Shown here piece after piece: positions 10,859 to 20,516 of a DNA stretch of 64,000 nucleotides. How positions within the stretch are numbered: position 1 is the first letter of the stretch; every line of letters begins with the position of its first letter. Origin of the DNA: Myxococcota bacterium (GTDB lineage Bacteria; Myxococcota_A; Polyangia; Polyangiales; Sandaracinaceae); contig JAYZQJ010000248.1 of the NCBI GenBank assembly GCA_036149055.1, positions 16,853-80,852 of the forward strand. The letters are read 5' to 3'. Both the position numbers and the translations under genes were made by a program. Under the pieces are notes generated by a model that did no database searches, was not told where the DNA came from, and saw only the letters and a program-made list of their open reading frames with translations.

Positions 10859-11911
10859 ATGGTCACGGTCGCACTCGACGCGATGGGCTCGGACCTGGGC
10901 CCGAAGGTCACGGTCGCGGGGGCCGCCCGGGCGAGCCTCGGCGCCGGCGCGCCGGACGTCCTCCTGGTCGGCGACGAGGCGGTGCTCCGCCGGCTGCTGC
11001 TCGTGCACGAGCACGACCGCGAGAAGATCGCGATCCTGCACGCGCCCACCCAGGTCGCGCAGGACGACAAGCCGCGCGACGCGCTCGACGGAGCGCCCGA
11101 CTGCTCGATCCTGCGGGCGGCGGAGGCGGTGCGGGACGGACACGCCGACGTGCTGGTGAGCGCGGGGAACACCGGCGCGGTCACCCTCGCCTGCGCGCGC
11201 ACCTTCGGCCGGCTCCCCGGGGTGGCCCGCTGCGCCCTCGGCGCGGTCTATCCCACCGAGCGGCGGCGCGGCGAGAAGGACGATCCCTTCAGCCTGATCC
11301 TCGACGCGGGGCTGACCCTCGAGGTGGACGCCCAGGACCTGGTGGTGTTCGCGGTGATGGGCTCGGCCTACGCGTCGCGCATCTCGCGCAACCCCAACCC
11401 GAAGGTCGCACTGCTCTCGAACGGGAGCGAGCCGACCAAGGGCACCGGCGCGGTGGTGGAGGCGAACCGTCGCCTGAGCGAGGTCCGCTGCCTGGAGTTC
11501 ATCGGCAACATCGAGGGCATGGACATCCCGAAGGGCACCGCCGACGTGGTCGTGACCGGCGGCTTCACCGGCAACATCGTGCTCAAGATGCTCGAGGGGG
11601 TGGCCGAGACGGTGATGCGCCTCGGGCGCTACGCGGGCGACACCTCCCTCCGCTACAAGGCCGGCCTCGGGCTGCTCGCGCCCGCGGTGAAGAAGCTCCG
11701 CCGCGCGACCGACTGGGAGCAGTACGGCGGCGCGCCGATCCTCGGCTTCGATCACCTCTGCATCAAGGCCCACGGCCGCAGCACCGAGCGCGCGATCGGC
11801 AACGCGATCAAGGTCGCGACCCGGGCGGCGCGCACGGAGATGGTGCGGGCGATGCGGGAGAGCCTCGAGGAGCTCGCCGAGCCCTCCCCCTCGTCACACG
11901 CGACCCGCTGA
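10859..11911 (+). CDS. plsX: Phosphate acyltransferase PlsX
   Basis: VALDAMGSD, VSAGNTGA, FIGNIEG, GFTGNIVLK, YGGAPILG, KAHGRS. Confidence 0.92.
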   Translation: MVTVALDAMGSDLGPKVTVAGAARASLGAGAPDVLLVGDEAVLRRLLLVHEHDREKIAILHAPTQVAQDDKPRDALDGAPDCSILRAAEAVRDGHADVLVSAGNTGAVTLACARTFGRLPGVARCALGAVYPTERRRGEKDDPFSLILDAGLTLEVDAQDLVVFAVMGSAYASRISRNPNPKVALLSNGSEPTKGTGAVVEANRRLSEVRCLEFIGNIEGMDIPKGTADVVVTGGFTGNIVLKMLEGVAETVMRLGRYAGDTSLRYKAGLGLLAPAVKKLRRATDWEQYGGAPILGFDHLCIKAHGRSTERAIGNAIKVATRAARTEMVRAMRESLEELAEPSPSSHATR

Positions 11912-11925
11912 TCTACCCTCGCCGC

Positions 11926-12288
11926 GTGACCGACGATCGCGAGGAGGAGGATCGAAAGGCGATCCTGGCGCGACGCTCGAAGCTGATCGCGCTCGCGCTC
12001 GGAGGGCTCACGTCGGCCACCGGCTGCTACGAGTCGCACGCGGTGGGCATGGCGCCGACCCGGCCGGACGCCGAGGCGCCCCGACGGGACGCGGAGCCCG
12101 GACCCTGCCTCGGCGCGCCGATCGACGCCGGCCCGCGGCCCTGCCTGGACGCGCCGATCGACGCCGGGCCGGGGCCTTGCTTGAGCGCCCCGATCGACGC
12201 CGGCCCCCCGCCCGAGGACGCGGCGGTCGCCGACGGCGGGGTCGCGCCCACGCCGTGTCTCACCATGCCGCCGCCGGATCCCGAGTGA
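11926..12288 (+). CDS. Small Pro-rich lipoprotein with four PCL motifs
   Basis: RKAILARRSKLIALALGG...ATGC; three tandem 33-bp units encoding P-C-L-x-A-P-I-D-A-G-P; final PTPCLT. Confidence 0.7.
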   Translation: MTDDREEEDRKAILARRSKLIALALGGLTSATGCYESHAVGMAPTRPDAEAPRRDAEPGPCLGAPIDAGPRPCLDAPIDAGPGPCLSAPIDAGPPPEDAAVADGGVAPTPCLTMPPPDPE

Positions 12289-12899
12289 TCGTCCCGGGCA
12301 GCCCGTTCGAGCCAGACGACCCGATCGTGCACGACGAGGATCTCTCCAGCCTCTCGGCGGTGATCCCGGCGTCCTATCGGCTGCGCGGCATGTTCTTCTC
12401 GCGCCTCGCGGCCAAGCTCCCGGCCGAGGTCTGGGCGGGCTTCGCTCCGTCGCTCCGGGAGCCCCCCGACGGCGGCCGCTACGTCGCGTTCCAGAGCTAC
12501 CCGTACGCCGACTACCACGAGCTCCTCCTCGCGGTGGGCGCGTCCCGATACCCGACCCTGAGCGCCTGCGAGGGCCTCCGTCGCATCGGGCGCGACGACT
12601 TCGCCACCTACACCGAGTCGATGGTCGGCCGCGTCTCGCTCCGGCTGATCCGCGACGCGCGCGCGGCGCTCCTCCGCCTCCCCGGCATCTACGAGGCGAT
12701 GGCCTCGGGGGAGTGGAAGGTCGCGGCCCGCGAGGTGGACGACCGGACGGTGCGCCTCGAGTTCGACGACTTCTTCGGCGCCTGGCCGTACCAGGTCGGT
12801 CAGATCGAGGAGATCGTGCGACGCCTCGGAGGCCGCTCGCGCATCGAGGTGCTCCGCCCCCACCTGCGCGCGCTGCGCCTCGACATCACGCACCGCTGA
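12285..12899 (+). CDS. Myxobacterial DUF2378-family protein
   Basis: LRGMFF, RYVAFQSYP, LRRIG, SMVGRV; GTG start overlaps the upstream TGA. Confidence 0.75.
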   Translation: MIVPGSPFEPDDPIVHDEDLSSLSAVIPASYRLRGMFFSRLAAKLPAEVWAGFAPSLREPPDGGRYVAFQSYPYADYHELLLAVGASRYPTLSACEGLRRIGRDDFATYTESMVGRVSLRLIRDARAALLRLPGIYEAMASGEWKVAAREVDDRTVRLEFDDFFGAWPYQVGQIEEIVRRLGGRSRIEVLRPHLRALRLDITHR

Positions 12900-14982
12900 C
12901 GCGAGACGACAGGGCGACGCGGACCCGCAGCCCGCCGCCCTCGCGCGGGTGGACCGAGGCGCGCCCGCCGTGAGCCTCGGCCAGCTCGGCCACGAGGGAG
13001 AGGCCGATGCCGGTCCCGGGCGCGTGCGCGGTGTCCTCGCGCTCGACGCGGTGGAAGCGGTCGAAGACCTTGCGACGCTCGGCCTCGGGCACGCCGGGGC
13101 CCCGGTCGCGGACCTCGATCACCGGCCCCGCCTCCACCGCGACCTCGATCGCGCGCTCGCCGGTCGCCGCGTACTTCACCGCGTTGTCGAGCAGGTTGAT
13201 CACGATCTGCTCGACCGCCTGCCCGTCGAACTCGCAGGGCACCGCGCCCGGCCCGGGGCCCTCGAGGGTGAAGCCGCGCTCCTCGATCAGGTGCCGCTGC
13301 GCCTCCACGATCTCGCGGACGTGCGCGCGCAGATCCCCCGGAGACGGCGCGATGCCGCGGCGCCCCTCCTCGAGCTTCGAGAGGCTCAGCACGTTGTCGA
13401 CCAGACGCGCCAAGCGGACGCTCTCGCGCACCAGCTCGCGGTGCACCTTGGGCCGGCGCGTCTCGTCCACCATGCCCTCGTCGAGCATCTCGGCGTGCAT
13501 GCGGAGGGTGGTCAGCGGGGTCCGGAGCTCGTGGCTCACCGCCGAGACGAAGGCGCTCTTCTGGCGGGAGAGGGCCTCGGCGCGTCGGGCGTAGACGGCG
13601 ATGGCCGCGGCGGCGAGGAGCGCGATCAGCACCAGGAGCGCGAGGGCGCCGAGCTGCACGTGGAGCGCGTCTCCGTCCGAGGCCGCGGCGAGCTGCGCCG
13701 GCGCGAAGCAGAGCTCCAGGTCCGGCAGGGTCGCCGACGCGCGCTCCCGGAGCGCACAGGCGCCCTCCCCGGCGCGCACCACCGTCGGCGCGACCGAGGC
13801 CTCGACCCGGCGGGTCACCAGCCCCGGCAGCCAGGCGTCCCTCAGGTGGGCCTCGTCGAGCAGGACACCTTGCACGACCGCGGTCTCCTCGTGGGACACG
13901 AGCCGGTGCAGGACCCAGCTGTCGCCGAGCGCGCGGAAGGTCATCGGCGTGTAGACGACCTCGCCGGCGCGGCGCACGCGCTGCTCGAGGTCCCGACCGT
14001 CGGCGAGCTCCAGCCTCGCGTCGGCGCTGCGGTAGCCGAAGCGGACGGTGAGCGCGCCGCCGTCGGTGGCGGGGAAGCGCAGCGCCTCCAGCGCCCGCAC
14101 CACGCACGCCGACTCGGGATCGCTGCTCGCGCGCAGCACCCGTCCGTCGGCCGCCACCCGGAGGCGCACCCGCACCGCCTCGGGGGTGCACGCCCGGACC
14201 GCCTCCTCGGCCCCCGCCAGGGTCGCCCGCACCCGCTCGCGCGAGAGCGGCCGCGACGCGCTCGGCCGGGGAGGCGCCGCCCGCTGTTGCACGGCCTCGT
14301 CCCAGGTGACGTTGCGCCGCGACATCGGGCCGACCTGTCGGCCGCGCTCGATCACCCGCTGGTTCGCCATCTCGTCGCCGCGCTGGGCCGCCAGGATGTC
14401 GCGCGCCTGGGAGCTGCCGTACCGATCCAGATCGGTCAGCTGGTTGTCCGGGTTCCGGACGATCTCGAGCGCGCCGCTCCCGGGGATCTCCGGCGCCGCG
14501 GCGACGCCGAGCGTGTCCGACGCCTCACCGCGGACCAGCGCGCGCAGGGGATCGAAGGCGTCGCCCCGCACGAGCCGGGCGACCTCGACGTGCAGGGGCG
14601 GGGGCGCGGCGTCGGGATCGGCCGCGTAGGGGGTCCGCACCCGCCCGTCGGGATCGATCTGGAAGTAGGCGCGCACCCGCGGATCGGCGCTCGGCCGGGC
14701 GCGCGGCGAGACGGCCACCGGGTCGGTGATCGCGAGCACGTCCGGCGGGCTGTAGAGGTGCTGGTACAGGTAGAAGGGCCGCTCGTCCTCGCGGCGGCGG
14801 AGCTCCTCGAGGCTCTCGTCGACCGCGCCCCGCACCGCGTCGGCGGCGCGCATCAGCCGCGCCCGCGCCTCGGCCCGCCGCACGTCGCGCTCGCGCAGGG
14901 TGGCGAAGAGCCAGCCGCCGGCGAGCGCCAGCGACGCGACGACCAACCCGATCGCGAGCGCGATGACCCGGCGGCTGCTCAC
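12886..14982 (-). CDS. Membrane sensor histidine kinase with a large extracytoplasmic region
   Basis: N-terminal TM; second TM before VSHELRTPL; NLLDNAVKY, DRGPG, GTGIGL. Confidence 0.88.
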   Translation of the reverse strand: MSSRRVIALAIGLVVASLALAGGWLFATLRERDVRRAEARARLMRAADAVRGAVDESLEELRRREDERPFYLYQHLYSPPDVLAITDPVAVSPRARPSADPRVRAYFQIDPDGRVRTPYAADPDAAPPPLHVEVARLVRGDAFDPLRALVRGEASDTLGVAAAPEIPGSGALEIVRNPDNQLTDLDRYGSSQARDILAAQRGDEMANQRVIERGRQVGPMSRRNVTWDEAVQQRAAPPRPSASRPLSRERVRATLAGAEEAVRACTPEAVRVRLRVAADGRVLRASSDPESACVVRALEALRFPATDGGALTVRFGYRSADARLELADGRDLEQRVRRAGEVVYTPMTFRALGDSWVLHRLVSHEETAVVQGVLLDEAHLRDAWLPGLVTRRVEASVAPTVVRAGEGACALRERASATLPDLELCFAPAQLAAASDGDALHVQLGALALLVLIALLAAAAIAVYARRAEALSRQKSAFVSAVSHELRTPLTTLRMHAEMLDEGMVDETRRPKVHRELVRESVRLARLVDNVLSLSKLEEGRRGIAPSPGDLRAHVREIVEAQRHLIEERGFTLEGPGPGAVPCEFDGQAVEQIVINLLDNAVKYAATGERAIEVAVEAGPVIEVRDRGPGVPEAERRKVFDRFHRVEREDTAHAPGTGIGLSLVAELAEAHGGRASVHPREGGGLRVRVALSSRVSGA

Positions 14983-15683
14983 GACGAGATGGGCGCGACG
15001 AAGCGATAGCCCCGACCGCGCACGGTGGCGATCCAGGCCGCGCCGCCGATCGGCTCGAGCTTCGCGCGGAGCTGCTGCACGTGCACGTCGACGGTCCGCG
15101 TCCGCACGGTGCCGTCGTTGTAGCCCCACACGTCGACGAGCAGCTCCTCGCGGGTGACGGGGCGATGACGACGCTCCACCAGGTAGCCGACCAGCGCGGC
15201 CTCGCGCGCGGTGAGCCGGACGGCGGGCTCGCTCGCGATGCGCTGCGCGTCGAGATCCACCTCCAGCGCGCCGACCGAGAAGCGCCGAGGCCGCTCGGGC
15301 GCCGGGCGCGCGCGCCGCAGGAGGCCTCTCGCCCGGGCCGCGAGCTCCCGGACCCCGAAGGGCTTGGTGACGTAGTCGTCCGCCCCCGCCTCGAGCCCGG
15401 CGACGACGTCCTCCTCGGCGCCCTTGGCGGTCAGGACGAGCACCGGCGTGTCGTCCCCGTGCGCCCGCACCCGCCGGAGCACGCCGAGCCCGTCGACCTT
15501 CGGCAGCATCAGGTCCAGCACCACGAGGTCGAAGCCGCCGCCCGCCAGATGCTCGAGCGCCTGCGCCCCATCGGCGGCCTGCACGGTGTCCCACCCCTGC
15601 CCGGAGAACAGCGCGTCGAGCCCATCGAGGATCGGCTCCTCGTCCTCGACCAGCAGCACCCGCGGCGCCCCCTCGTCCGACAT
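14979..15683 (-). CDS. OmpR-family response regulator
   Basis: LLVEDE, LDLMLP, DDYVTKPF, TRTVDVHV, TVRGRGY. Confidence 0.93.
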   Translation of the reverse strand: MSDEGAPRVLLVEDEEPILDGLDALFSGQGWDTVQAADGAQALEHLAGGGFDLVVLDLMLPKVDGLGVLRRVRAHGDDTPVLVLTAKGAEEDVVAGLEAGADDYVTKPFGVRELAARARGLLRRARPAPERPRRFSVGALEVDLDAQRIASEPAVRLTAREAALVGYLVERRHRPVTREELLVDVWGYNDGTVRTRTVDVHVQQLRAKLEPIGGAAWIATVRGRGYRFVAPISS

Positions 15684-15758
15684 CGCCCTCAGGGTCTCAC
15701 GCCCCCCGCCCTCGCGCACCGTACCGTTCGTAAGCCTCCCGTAAATTTCGTCTCGATC

Positions 15759-16357
15759 GGGGCGCTTCGGTGACTTCTTGGCTCTCGCCAAGGCGCCAAG
15801 CCGCAAAGGGGCTGACGTGGCCGCGCGATGGCGGCTCGCCGCCGGGTCCACGGCTGCAATTTATCCCTCGCAGAGGCGCAGAGACGCAGAGAACGAGGCG
15901 GGCCGCGCGATGGAGACTCGCCGCCGCGTCCGTGATCGTCCTTCGCTTGGCCAGGGTGGATCGGTGCGCTTCGGTGGCTTTTTGGCTCTCGCCAAGGCGC
16001 CAAGCCGCAAAGGGGGCGATATGGCCGCGCGAAGACGGCTCGCCGCCGGGTCCACGGATGCAATTTATCTCTCGAAGAGGCGCAGAGGCGCAGAGACGCA
16101 GAGGACGGGGCGGGCCCCGCGATGGAGACTCGCCGCGGCGTCCGTGATCGTCCTGCGCTCGGCCGGCGTGGATCGGTGCGCTTCGGTGGCCTTTTTGGCT
16201 CTCGCCAAGGCGCGAAGCCGCAAAGGGGCTGACGAGGCCGCGCGATGGCACATCGCCGCCGGGTCCACGACTGCAATTTATCTCTCGAAGAGGCGCAGAG
16301 ACACAGAGGACGGGGACGGGCCGCGCGATGGAGACTCGCCGCCGCGTCCGTGATCGC
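15759..16357. repeat. Three tandem ~204-213-bp units (left arm of a head-to-head repeat array)
   Basis: GCTCTCGCCAAGGCG recurs at 15781, 15985 and 16198, each followed by TGCAATTTATC and AGAGGCGCAGAGAC. Confidence 0.9.
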
Positions 16358-16439
16358 CCCTGTACTCGGCTCGTCGATCGGGCGCTCCTCCGTGGTCCCC
16401 AGGAGCGCCCCGCGTAGGGTCGGGCAGGCACGCCCCGGC

Positions 16440-17440
16440 CAGTCGCCATCCCGCCGCCACCCAACCCCTTGGCGGCTTGGCGCCTTGGCGAGAGCACAAG
16501 AAGCCACCGAAGCGCACCCATCCACCCGGCCGAGCGCTCGGCGACCAGGAAAGCGGCGGCCAGTCCCCAGCCCGCGGCCCGTCCTCTGCGACTCTGCGCC
16601 TCTGCGAGAGACAACATGCAAACCGGCACCCGCCGGCCAGCCGCCAGCCCGCGGCCAACCCAGCCCCTTGGCGGCTTTGCGTCTTTGCGTGAAATAATTT
16701 GCCCCCCAAGCCCTCGAAGTTCGAGAACGGCCCCCCGAGCCAGGGGAGCCGGGCACCCGCCGGCGAGCATCCATCCCGCCGCCACCCAACCCCTTGGCGG
16801 CTTGGCGCCTTGGCGAGAGCACAAAAGGCCACCGAAGCGCACCCGTCCACCCGGCCGAGCGCTGGGCGACCAGGGACGCAGCGGCCAGCCCCCAGCCCGC
16901 GGCCCGTCCTCTGCGACTCTGCGTCTCTGCGAGAGACAACCTGCAGACCGGCACCCGCCGGCCAGTCGCCATCCCGCGGCCAACCCAGCCCCTTGGCGGC
17001 TTTGCGTCTTTGCGTGAAATGAATTGTCCCCCAAGCCCTCGAAGATCGAGAACGGCCCCCCGAGCCAGGGAAGCCGGGCACCCGCCGGCGAGCATCCATC
17101 CCGCCGCCACCCAACCCCTTGGCGGCTTGGCGCCTTGGCGAGAGCAAGAGAAGCCACCGAAGCGCACCCGTCCACCCGGCCGAGCGCTGGGCGACCAAGA
17201 ACGCGGCGGCCAGCCCCCAGCCCGTCCTCTGCGACTCTGCGCCTCTGCGAGAGACAACCTGCAGATCGGCACCCGCCGGCCAGCCGCCATCCCGCCGCCA
17301 ACCCAGCCCCTTCGCGTCTTTGCGTCTTTTCGTGAAATAAATTGTCACTCGAATGCCCGCCGGCGAGCATCCATCCCGCGGCCACCCGGTCCCTTGGCGG
17401 CTTGGCGCCTTTGCGAGAGCACCAAGAGCCGCCGAAGCCT
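16440..17440. repeat. Three tandem 325-bp units plus a partial fourth (right arm, inverted relative to the left arm)
   Basis: TTGGCGGCTTGGCGCCTTGGCGAGAGC at 16469, 16794 and 17119, with a variant near 17394; it is the near reverse complement of the left-arm core. Confidence 0.9.
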
Positions 17441-18815
17441 AACGAGCAGGCGCAGGGGAGAGGTCGGCGGCGACCTCGCGGACCTCGCGGCGGGCGTAGA
17501 GGCCGGCGATCGCGCCGCTGATCAGGTTCGCGGCGGCGATGCCGAGGAAGAGGCCGGTGAGGTCGTAGAGCTCCGAGCCGAGCCACGCGAGGGGGATGGC
17601 GAGGAGCACGAGGCGGATGGCGGCGAGCACGGTCGCCTTGAGGGGCTGATCGAGCGCGTTGAACACCGACGCCACCAGGAGCGCGACGCCGAAGGCGGCG
17701 TAGCTGATGGGGACGGTGCGAAGGAAGAGCGTCGTCTGGGCGACGACCTCGGGGTCGTCGTTGAAGACTCGCGCGATCGGGTCGGCCACCGCCGCCAGCA
17801 GCAGCGCCGCGCCGAAGCCCCAGAAGAGCGACAGCTTGATCACGAAGCGCAGGGTCTCGCGGATGCGCTCTCCCTTGCCCGCGCCGAGGTTCTGACCGAC
17901 GAACGGGGTGATGGCGGCGGTCATCGCGAAGACGCCGATCATCGAGAGCCCCTCGACCCGGGTGCCGACGCCGAAGGCCGCGACCGCGTGGGGGCCGTAG
18001 TCCGAGACGAGCCGGGTCACCGCGCCGGCGGCGAGCGGGGTCAGCAGGTTGGTGCCCGCGGCCGGCACGCCGATGCGGAGGATCGCCCTCCACGACGCGA
18101 GCGTGTCCTCGAGCTTCGGCAGCTCGAACGACAGCATGTGCTCGCGCTTGCCCAGCACGTAGAACGCCACCGCCATCGCGATGGTGTAGGAGCCCACGGT
18201 CGCGAACGCGGCGCCGCGGAGGCCCATCGCCGGGATCGGGCCCCAGCCGAAGATGAGCAGCGGGTCGAGCAGCGCGTTGGTCAGGCCCGCCGCGACCATC
18301 ACGAAGCTCGGCGTCTTGGTGTCGCCGCTCGCCCGGATCGCGCCGTTGCCGACCATCGGGATCACGAGCAGGCCGACGCCCGCGTACCAGGGGACCATGT
18401 ACTCGCGGATCAGCGGGAGCGTCTCCGCGTCGGCGCCGAGCAGCGTGAAGAGCGGGTCGAGGGTCGCGATGCCGATGGCCGAGACCGTCACCACGAGCGA
18501 CACCGCCAGGATCAGCGAGTCGGTGGTCAGGCGCTTGACCCGGCCCTCCTCGCCCTTGCCGATCGCGCGCGCGATCACCGCGGTCGAGCCGATGCCGATC
18601 CCGATGGTGAGGTTGGTGACCACCATCGCGACCGGGAAGGTGAAGCCCATCGCCGCGAGCTCGTGCGGGCCGAGCTGGCCGACCCAGAAGGTGTCGACGA
18701 TGTTGAAGAACAGGATCGCCGCGATGCCGACCATCATCGGCAGCGTCAGGCGGATCAACGTGGGCCCGACCGGCCCCTCGAGCAGACGCCGCTGCCGGTC
18801 GGGATCCTTCTTCAC
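17439..18815 (-). CDS. MATE-family efflux transporter
   Basis: PMMVG, NIVDTFWVGQLG, RASGDTKTP, LDPLLIFG, GAAFAT; about 12 TM helices. Confidence 0.93.
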   Translation of the reverse strand: MKKDPDRQRRLLEGPVGPTLIRLTLPMMVGIAAILFFNIVDTFWVGQLGPHELAAMGFTFPVAMVVTNLTIGIGIGSTAVIARAIGKGEEGRVKRLTTDSLILAVSLVVTVSAIGIATLDPLFTLLGADAETLPLIREYMVPWYAGVGLLVIPMVGNGAIRASGDTKTPSFVMVAAGLTNALLDPLLIFGWGPIPAMGLRGAAFATVGSYTIAMAVAFYVLGKREHMLSFELPKLEDTLASWRAILRIGVPAAGTNLLTPLAAGAVTRLVSDYGPHAVAAFGVGTRVEGLSMIGVFAMTAAITPFVGQNLGAGKGERIRETLRFVIKLSLFWGFGAALLLAAVADPIARVFNDDPEVVAQTTLFLRTVPISYAAFGVALLVASVFNALDQPLKATVLAAIRLVLLAIPLAWLGSELYDLTGLFLGIAAANLISGAIAGLYARREVREVAADLSPAPAR

Positions 18816-18864
18816 GGCGCCGTTCTAGGGCGTCGGCGCGCCTCCGACAACGGGGGAGATCCGG

Positions 18865-19887
18865 CTACATCGCGTCGAGCGCGGACGCGGCGAAGGACAC
18901 GACCGCCCACTGCTCGGACAGGCCGGCTTCGCCGAGGTCGGCGTGGCCGATCAGCGGGGTGCGCAGGGCGGTGGCGGACGGCAGCTCCCGGGCGATCCAC
19001 TCGGCCTCGCTGGGGGCGACCAGAGGATCCCCCTCGCCGTGCAGCACGAAGACCGGGACCCGCACCCGGGCGAGGCGGCCGGCGGGCGACACCGCGGCCA
19101 GCTCGGCGGCGTGGCGCTCGGTCAGCCGGGCCAGCGCCTCGCGATCGGGCGCTCGTCCCTGGCGCAGCGCCTCGACGCGGGCGCGGGCCTCGGGGTGCAG
19201 CGCGTCGAGCTGGGGCGCGGTCCCCCGGAGCACGTCGCCGAGCGCGGCGCGTGCGCCCTCGGCGTCGTGCGCGAAGTAGTCCTCGGCGTAGGCGTGGGCG
19301 AGCACCTGCGCCCCGTAGCGCTCGGCGCCTTCCGTCACCCGGGCGCCGTCCGGCCCGGCGATGGGCTCTCCGCGCCACCAGGCGGCGAGGCGCGCGGCGT
19401 CGTGGTGGGCGCCGATCGTCCAGACGGCGCCGATCGCGGGCTCGTTCGAAGCGGCGACGAGCGCGAGGCCGCCACCGAAGCTGATGCCGACCACGCCGAC
19501 CGTCGGCCGCCCCAGCGCGCGCGCCGCGGCCGCGATCTGATCGGCGGCCCCGGGGTCGAAGCGGAGCGCGCGCAGCGCGGGGATCTCGGGGGTGCTCACC
19601 ACGAAGCCGGCTTCGGCGAGGAGCGAGGCGAAGCGGACGAGGCGGGGCTCGTCGATGCCGCCCGGGTGCGCGCCGTGCACCAGCAACAGAGGTGGCCCCT
19701 CGCCGCGATAGGTGCGGGATCGGAGCCCGGCGAGGGGGTGCTCCTCCACCCGCACGTCCACCGGGCGCGCGTCCCCGAACCCCGTGAGCAGACGGGCGGC
19801 CCGGAAGTACCGAGCTCCGGGTCCCCAGGCGAGGGCGAGCCCCACCAGCGGGATTGCGATCATCATCGCCGTGCGCCGCCGCTTCAC
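18865..19887 (-). CDS. Alpha/beta hydrolase with N-terminal anchor
   Basis: LLVHG, GISFGG nucleophile elbow, LHGEGD, GHA; start uncertain. Confidence 0.8.
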   Translation of the reverse strand: MKRRRTAMMIAIPLVGLALAWGPGARYFRAARLLTGFGDARPVDVRVEEHPLAGLRSRTYRGEGPPLLLVHGAHPGGIDEPRLVRFASLLAEAGFVVSTPEIPALRALRFDPGAADQIAAAARALGRPTVGVVGISFGGGLALVAASNEPAIGAVWTIGAHHDAARLAAWWRGEPIAGPDGARVTEGAERYGAQVLAHAYAEDYFAHDAEGARAALGDVLRGTAPQLDALHPEARARVEALRQGRAPDREALARLTERHAAELAAVSPAGRLARVRVPVFVLHGEGDPLVAPSEAEWIARELPSATALRTPLIGHADLGEAGLSEQWAVVSFAASALDAM

Positions 19888-19970
19888 GCCCCCAGCTTCA
19901 CACTTCTTCATCGCCTCGCACGTCATGCCTTCACGCCGCGTTCACAGGTTCGATCGGGCAAGGAGGTCAC

Positions 19971-20498
19971 ATGTTCGGATTCATCATCGGTTTTCTGAGC
20001 CTCGCCGGGCTCATCATGGTGCTCAAGGGCGGGCGCCGTGGCTGCGGCGGGCGCGGCTGGCACGGCGGCGGCTGGCGCGGGCGACGCGGACGCTGGGGGC
20101 ACCACGATCACGACCGCGAGCGCGGGCGTCACGGCTGGGGACGGCGCGGCATGCTGCGCATGCTCTTCGAGCGCCTCGACACCACGCCGGGTCAGGAGAA
20201 GGAGATCGCCGCGGCGGTCGACGAATTCGTCGCCAAGGCGCGCGAGCTGCGGGGCGAGTCCCGCTCGAGCCGCGACGACGTCGCGCGCCTGCTCCGCACC
20301 GAGACCCTCGACGAGAACATCCTGGGCGACCTCTTCGGGCGCCACGACGAGAAGCTGCGCGACCTGCAGAAGGCGTTCGCGGACGCGCTCGGCCGCGTCC
20401 ACCAGGCGCTCGACCCCGAGCAGCGCGACCAGCTCGCGCAGCTCCTCGAGACGGGCCGTGGCCCCGGCTTCGGCGGCCCCTACCGCGGTTGGGTTTGA
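19971..20498 (+). CDS. Spy/CpxP-like (periplasmic heavy-metal sensor family) protein
   Basis: AGGAGG RBS; LFERLDTTPGQEK and LDPEQR (LTxxQ-like) motifs. Confidence 0.75.
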   Translation: MFGFIIGFLSLAGLIMVLKGGRRGCGGRGWHGGGWRGRRGRWGHHDHDRERGRHGWGRRGMLRMLFERLDTTPGQEKEIAAAVDEFVAKARELRGESRSSRDDVARLLRTETLDENILGDLFGRHDEKLRDLQKAFADALGRVHQALDPEQRDQLAQLLETGRGPGFGGPYRGWV

Positions 20499-20516
20499 AG
20501 GAAAGAGAGATTGATC

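Noticed and set aside
15759..17440. CRISPR array or protein-coding ORFs (many overlapping ORFs in the track)
   Set aside because: The segments between motifs are themselves repeated rather than unique spacers, no cas genes are present, and translations are repeat-derived (PLRLCAS/AAWRLGES) in every frame.
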